From: Geobacter sulfurreducens PCA
Lineage (GTDB): Bacteria > Desulfobacterota > Desulfuromonadia > Geobacterales > Geobacteraceae
Direction of reading: 5' to 3'
Length of the DNA: 32,000 nucleotides
NCBI RefSeq assembly: GCF_000007985.2
Contig: NC_002939.5
Span: 2,040,001 to 2,072,000, forward strand
How positions within the stretch are numbered: position 1 is the stretch's first letter; the number at the start of each line of letters is the position of its first letter. A program made the translations under genes and the position numbers. This document shows, one piece after another, positions 27,906 to 32,000 of this stretch. Below the pieces are notes generated by a model, which was given only the letters and a program-made list of their open reading frames with translations, was not told the origin of the DNA and ran no database searches.

Positions 27906-28481
27906 TCAATCCTTTGGGGCGGGCGCGATGGTCGCCCGCACATCGTTCAGTATCCGCAAGGTGCGGGTCGGGACAAGAAACTCCATTCCAACCCCTTCAA
28001 CGGCAAACCGGGCATCCCGGAAGCTGACCCGGTCATCGGTTACCACAAGCTGACGCGACGCCCGGTAGGACGCCCTGCCGGTCGTAAACTCCATGCCGGA
28101 CGTGCTTCGGGCATGTATGTTTCCCGTAAGCGTCACGTCTTTGGTGGCGTTGAAGTACTCGGCCTTGTCCGACCTGAGGGTGATCTCACCCGTCTTGTCC
28201 GTGCCGGGAAACACGATCCGCACCCCTGTCAGGAGTGTCACGTCGCGTTGCCGGTCATATTCGCCCCTGTCGGCGTAGAGGTCCCACTTTTTTACCCCTT
28301 CCCGCGTTTCGGCATAATGAAGGGTCTTCAGTGAGAGATCTATGTTGCGGGGCAGTTTGGGCAATCCCGCCTCTTTCTCGTTGCCGCCCACCAAACGAAT
28401 GGCAAGCGACGCCACGAGATAAAGCGTTACAAGGATAATGACAACGGCAAGAATGTGCCTGATTTTACTGGTCTTTACCAT
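27906..28481 (-). CDS. lptC: LPS export system protein LptC
   Basis: Single N-terminal TM anchor (IRHILAVVIILVTLYLVASLAI) plus a periplasmic beta-jellyroll-like region, immediately upstream of lptA. Start set at MVKTSK; no SD. Confidence 0.7.
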   Translation of the reverse strand: MVKTSKIRHILAVVIILVTLYLVASLAIRLVGGNEKEAGLPKLPRNIDLSLKTLHYAETREGVKKWDLYADRGEYDRQRDVTLLTGVRIVFPGTDKTGEITLRSDKAEYFNATKDVTLTGNIHARSTSGMEFTTGRASYRASRQLVVTDDRVSFRDARFAVEGVGMEFLVPTRTLRILNDVRATIAPAPKD

Positions 28482-28493
28482 AAAAACAGGGGC

Positions 28494-28522
28494 AGTATAC
28501 CATCTCCCCCTTACCCTGTAAA
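28494..28522 (-). promoter_or_regulatory. candidate sigma70 promoter with extended -10 directly upstream of lptC
   Basis: Minus strand: TTTACA (28517-28522), 17-nt spacer including TG, TATACT (28494-28499). Only 12 nt separate the -10 from the lptC ATG. Confidence 0.35.
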
Positions 28523-28567
28523 GGAATATCAATATTTTGAGTTAGTTTTGGCACAAAGATTGTAGTA

Positions 28568-29707
28568 CTAATTGCTCATATTCCGTAAATCCGCGACAGT
28601 AGCCGCAGAAGCCCCTGCGGTCCCGCCCTCACCAGAGTGACTTTCCCCCTCGAATATCTCATCAAAACGGCCGGCGATGTTTCGAAAGGCCCTGAGTATC
28701 GCCGGATCGAAGTGCTCCGGCATGGTCCGGCCATCGCCCTCCAGGATGATCCTGCACGCGGTTTCATGGTCATACGGCGGCTTGTAGACCCGGGGGCTGC
28801 GCAGAGCATCATACTGATCCACGAGCATGACAATACGTCCTTCCACGGGGATATTCTCCCCCTTCACCCCATAGGGATAGCCCGTTCCGTCCCACCGTTC
28901 ATGGTGACAAAGGGCAATCGACTCGGCCATCCGGAGCATGCCGTAGGATGAGCCCTGAAGGATGCGCGCACCGATTACCGTATGAGTGCGAATTGTCGCG
29001 AACTCTTCACTGGAAAGCGGTCCCGGCTTAAAGAGAATCGAGTCGGGAATGCCGATCTTGCCGATATCGTGCATGGCGCTCGCGAGCGTGATTGTATCGA
29101 TGAATTCATCGCTCATGGCCAGCTCCCGGGCCATATGATTGGCATAGAGTCCGATCCGCGAAATGTGGGCGCCGGTGTCCTCGTCGCGAAGTTCCGCCGC
29201 AGCGGTGAGACGCTGCACAACCTCCTTGCTCATGTTTTTGAGCATCTGAAGGGTATCGGCCAGTTCGCCCGTCCGCTGCTTGACTGTGTTTTCCAGTTCG
29301 GCCTTGTAATTCTTTTCGATCTTAAGCAGCCGGTAATAATTGATCCCCTTCTCCACGGCGTGAAAAAGGTAGAGCGGATCGTAGGGCTTGATAATGAAGT
29401 CGAAAGCGCCCTGCTTGATCGCTTCCACAGCCACGGACAATTCAGCATAACCGGTCATAAGGATCACCGGAACATCCGGATTGGACTTCCGAATAGCCCT
29501 CAGGACTTCGATCCCCGTCATCTCGGGCATATTGATATCGGTAATGACAATATCGATACCGCCGCAGGAGAGACGATGCACGGCATCGGCCCCCCGGCCG
29601 AAAGGATGCACGATGTAGCCGTAGGCAACAAGAAGCGCCGACAGGCTTTCGAGCACGTAGGGATCGTCATCAATGACGACTATGGTTCCATCGTGTCGCT
29701 TTAGCAT
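28568..29707 (-). CDS. response regulator with HD-GYP phosphodiesterase output domain
   Basis: REC domain (VIDDDPYV...[11 protein letters not shown]...KP), then HDIGKIGIP and [11 protein letters not shown] motifs. TAAGGAG SD. Confidence 0.88.
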   Translation of the reverse strand: MLKRHDGTIVVIDDDPYVLESLSALLVAYGYIVHPFGRGADAVHRLSCGGIDIVITDINMPEMTGIEVLRAIRKSNPDVPVILMTGYAELSVAVEAIKQGAFDFIIKPYDPLYLFHAVEKGINYYRLLKIEKNYKAELENTVKQRTGELADTLQMLKNMSKEVVQRLTAAAELRDEDTGAHISRIGLYANHMARELAMSDEFIDTITLASAMHDIGKIGIPDSILFKPGPLSSEEFATIRTHTVIGARILQGSSYGMLRMAESIALCHHERWDGTGYPYGVKGENIPVEGRIVMLVDQYDALRSPRVYKPPYDHETACRIILEGDGRTMPEHFDPAILRAFRNIAGRFDEIFEGESHSGEGGTAGASAATVADLRNMSN

Positions 29708-29871
29708 GGTGATTGCTCCTTACGAAAGGATGGACATGCTCCGGTGCCACCCTTTCGGAGAACACGGTGATGATGAAGGGAGATACTCTCTTTTCGGACA
29801 AAACAGACGGGGCTTTAGGCGCAGGGATACTGAAGGGTGAGCTTCAGGAGAAGAACATGATGAATACCGCT

Positions 29872-30411
29872 CTAGCGGTAATAGCGCGCGGTAATCTCGT
29901 CCCACTTTCCCTGGGCCCTGAGAAGGAGATCGCAGACTTCGCGGACGGCTCCCCACCCGCCACGATTGCGGGTGGTGAAATGCACAAACGGCAGTACTTC
30001 CGGTACGGCATCGGCAGGTGCGGCGGCGAACCCGACGCGCCGCAGCACCGGAATATCGATCACATCATCACCCACAAAGGCGACCTGTGAGTCCTCCAGG
30101 CCGGTGGCGGCGAGAATCTCCCCGTACGGTGTCAGCTTGTCGATGGCTTTTTGATAGAGTATCGGGATATCCAGCTCAGCAGCCCGGTTGGCAACCACCA
30201 CCGACTGGCGACCCGAAATGATCCCCACCTGGATACCGGCCCGCTGAATCATCTTGATGCCGTGACCGTCCTTGACATTGAAGAACTTGCTCTCAACTCC
30301 ATTGGAGTCGAAGATGATCCGGCCATCGGTCATGACGCCGTCCACATCGAGCAACAGCAACTTGATCCCGGCAAGGCGTCCGTCCATGAGTTCCTTTTCC
30401 CCGGCGGTCAT
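29872..30411 (-). CDS. kdsC: 3-deoxy-D-manno-octulosonate 8-phosphate phosphatase
   Basis: 179 aa ORF. HAD motifs LLLLDVDGVMTDG and GDDVIDIP. ATGA overlap with kdsD. Confidence 0.88.
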   Translation of the reverse strand: MTAGEKELMDGRLAGIKLLLLDVDGVMTDGRIIFDSNGVESKFFNVKDGHGIKMIQRAGIQVGIISGRQSVVVANRAAELDIPILYQKAIDKLTPYGEILAATGLEDSQVAFVGDDVIDIPVLRRVGFAAAPADAVPEVLPFVHFTTRNRGGWGAVREVCDLLLRAQGKWDEITARYYR

Positions 30412-31373
30412 GCCAACCCCGCCCGCAACAGGTCATGGAGATGAATGACTCCCACCGGCCGGTTGTCGGCCGTATCGTCAAAAACGAACAGAGACGTTAT
30501 GGAGTGGGACTCCATTACCTGGAGAGCCTTGGCTGCCAACTCAGAGCGATTGATTCTCTTGGGATTGCGGGTCATGATCTCTCCGGCGGGCTGATTCAGG
30601 ATATCGACGCCTTTACCGAGAGAGCGCCGCAGATCGCCGTCGGTGACCACCCCAACCAGTGCGCCGTCTTCCGCGCAAACACCTGTAATACCTAGCCCTT
30701 TGGCCGTAATGACAAACAGGGCATCACGAATCGGCGTGGCGGAGCCCACCAACGGCACGGCGTCGCCCGAATGCATCAGGTCCCCCACCGTGAGGAGGAG
30801 TTTCTTCCCCAGGGAGCCGCCCGGATGGAACAGGGCAAAATCTTCGGGCCTGAACCCGCGCTCGATGAGAAGAGCCACTGCAAGGGCATCACCCATGGCA
30901 AGGGTTGCAGTGGTGGATGCGGTGGGAGCCAGGCCGAGGGGGCAGGCTTCCTCGGTCACCGAAATATCGAGAAACACGTCGCCGGCCTTGGCAAGCGTGG
31001 ATGAGGGGTTGCCCGACATGGAGACGAGAGTCGCGCCGAGCCGCTTGATGATCGGGAGGATGCGTACCACCTCTTCGGTTTCGCCGCTGTTGGAGATGGC
31101 GATGACCACATCCCCTTTCATGATCATCCCCAGGTCGCCATGGACCCCCTCCGCCGGGTGGAGGAACAGGGCCGGCGTGCCGGTGGACGCCATGGTTGAG
31201 GCTATTTTTTGGCCGATAAGCCCTGACTTTCCCATACCGGTAACGACAACCCGTCCACGGGTGCCGAGAATGAGGCGCACCGCCTTTTCAAACTCGCCGT
31301 CGATGGTATCGGCAAGGCGTGTGAGTGCTTCTGCTTCAATTCGTATGACTTTTCGTGCTTCTTCGAGAATCAT
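30408..31373 (-). CDS. kdsD: arabinose-5-phosphate isomerase (SIS + tandem CBS)
   Basis: 321 aa ORF. GRVVVTGMGKSG SIS motif, C-terminal CBS pair. Confidence 0.9.
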   Translation of the reverse strand: MILEEARKVIRIEAEALTRLADTIDGEFEKAVRLILGTRGRVVVTGMGKSGLIGQKIASTMASTGTPALFLHPAEGVHGDLGMIMKGDVVIAISNSGETEEVVRILPIIKRLGATLVSMSGNPSSTLAKAGDVFLDISVTEEACPLGLAPTASTTATLAMGDALAVALLIERGFRPEDFALFHPGGSLGKKLLLTVGDLMHSGDAVPLVGSATPIRDALFVITAKGLGITGVCAEDGALVGVVTDGDLRRSLGKGVDILNQPAGEIMTRNPKRINRSELAAKALQVMESHSITSLFVFDDTADNRPVGVIHLHDLLRAGLA

Positions 31374-31415
31374 TATGCTTCCGTTTCAGTAACCGGCCAC
31401 TGACTGGCCCGGGAT

Positions 31416-32000
31416 CTATTTTACGATGGCGTCTATTGCCTTCAGCTTCTTGAGCAGTGCGGGCAGGTCATCGAGCTTCACCGAGTTGGGGCCGTCGCAC
31501 AGGGCCTTTTCGGGGTCTTCGTGGACTTCCATGAAGATGCCGTCGATGCCGGTGGCGACCGCGGCCCGGGACAAGTACTCCACAAACTCGCGCTGACCGC
31601 CGGACGAACCGCCCTGGCCGCCGGGCAGTTGAACGCTGTGGGTGGCGTCGAAGACCACCGGGAAGCCGATGCGGCGCATGATGGGAAGACTCCGCATGTC
31701 GGAAACGAGATTGTTGTAGCCGAATGTTACCCCGCGCTCCGTCAGGATGATACGCTCATTGCCGGTTGACAGAATCTTGCCGACGACGTTCTCCATGTCC
31801 CATGGGGCCATGAACTGGCCCTTCTTGACATTAACCACCCGATTGGTCCGGCCGACTTCCACCACCAGGTCGGTCTGGCGGCAGAGAAACGCGGGAACCT
31901 GAATGATGTCGAGCACCTCGGCAGCCGGCTTTACCTGCTCGATTGAGTGGATGTCCGAGATGACAGGGATGCCGAGGGAGTCTTTCACCTTCTGGAGAAT
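31416..32000 (-). CDS. kdsA: 3-deoxy-8-phosphooctulonate synthase (5' end beyond the window)
   Basis: The frame stays open to the window edge. [20 protein letters not shown] and [12 protein letters not shown] motifs of KdsA. Confidence 0.9.
   Translation of the reverse strand: MLQKVKDSLGIPVISDIHSIEQVKPAAEVLDIIQVPAFLCRQTDLVVEVGRTNRVVNVKKGQFMAPWDMENVVGKILSTGNERIILTERGVTFGYNNLVSDMRSLPIMRRIGFPVVFDATHSVQLPGGQGGSSGGQREFVEYLSRAAVATGIDGIFMEVHEDPEKALCDGPNSVKLDDLPALLKKLKAIDAIVK

Noticed and set aside
28549-28564. Sigma-54-like element TGGCAC-aaaga-TTGTA on the plus strand.
   Set aside because: It points antisense into the 3' end of the HD-GYP gene with no plus-strand gene to drive. The -12 element is TTGT rather than TTGC. 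On the minus strand the same bases read TACAAT, a plausible sigma70 -10 for lptC.
29730-29750. TGGCAC on the minus strand upstream of the HD-GYP regulator gene (possible sigma-54 promoter).
   Set aside because: The GC of the -12 element is 3 nt too close (TGGCACCGGAGCATGT), so the GG-N10-GC spacing required for sigma-54 is not met.
29708-29871. Small ORFs in the kdsC/HD-GYP spacer: MSILS (whose stop overlaps the SD), MFFS, and the plus-strand 125-aa ORF at 29713..30090.
   Set aside because: They have no usable SD, are very short, or continue antisense into kdsC. A 7-bp stem CGAAAGG/CCUUUCG next to the SD is noted, but it is too weak to call a regulatory element.

Overview
This window is about 60% GC and almost fully coding. 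It reads like core chromosome of a Geobacter-type deltaproteobacterium. From memory, the gene order and protein sequences resemble the Geobacter sulfurreducens rsmA...kdsA region, but I ran no search. I call 35 protein genes.

Gene content, left to right:
- A MucR-like regulator on the plus strand.
- A minus-strand run: GAF-GGDEF cyclase, beta-helix lipoprotein, class-V PLP enzyme, small lipoprotein, PIN-PhoH2, tsaD, rsmA.
- Class II ribonucleotide reductase nrdJ behind NrdR-box-like operators, then a secreted protein and pepF.
- An outer-membrane barrel gene.
- The methyl-cycle genes ahcY and metK. Between them sit a stand-alone secreted Cache protein, an NMO/FabK-like flavoprotein and a two-component pair (sensor-less histidine kinase plus OmpR-type regulator).
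- A roughly 12 kb co-directional minus-strand cluster: kdsA-kdsD-kdsC-(REC-HD-GYP)-lptC-lptA-lptB-rpoN-hpf-hprK-rapZ-EIIA(Man)-ptsH-ptsI.

I found no rRNA, tRNA, CRISPR array, transposase, integrase, phage gene or recognisable defence gene. I do not see a convincing new multi-gene system; the region looks ordinary.

Observations worth a second look:
1. An in-frame TAG at codon 4 separates a textbook signal peptide from the outer-membrane barrel ORF.
2. A secreted stand-alone Cache domain lies next to a kinase with no sensor domain (possible split sensor).
3. An HD-GYP response regulator sits inside the otherwise conserved kdsC-lptC junction.
4. A strong intrinsic terminator ends only 15 nt before the pepF start codon.
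5. The rpoN-hpf and hpf-hprK spacers are structured.

All promoter, operator and terminator calls are by eye and carry low to moderate confidence.
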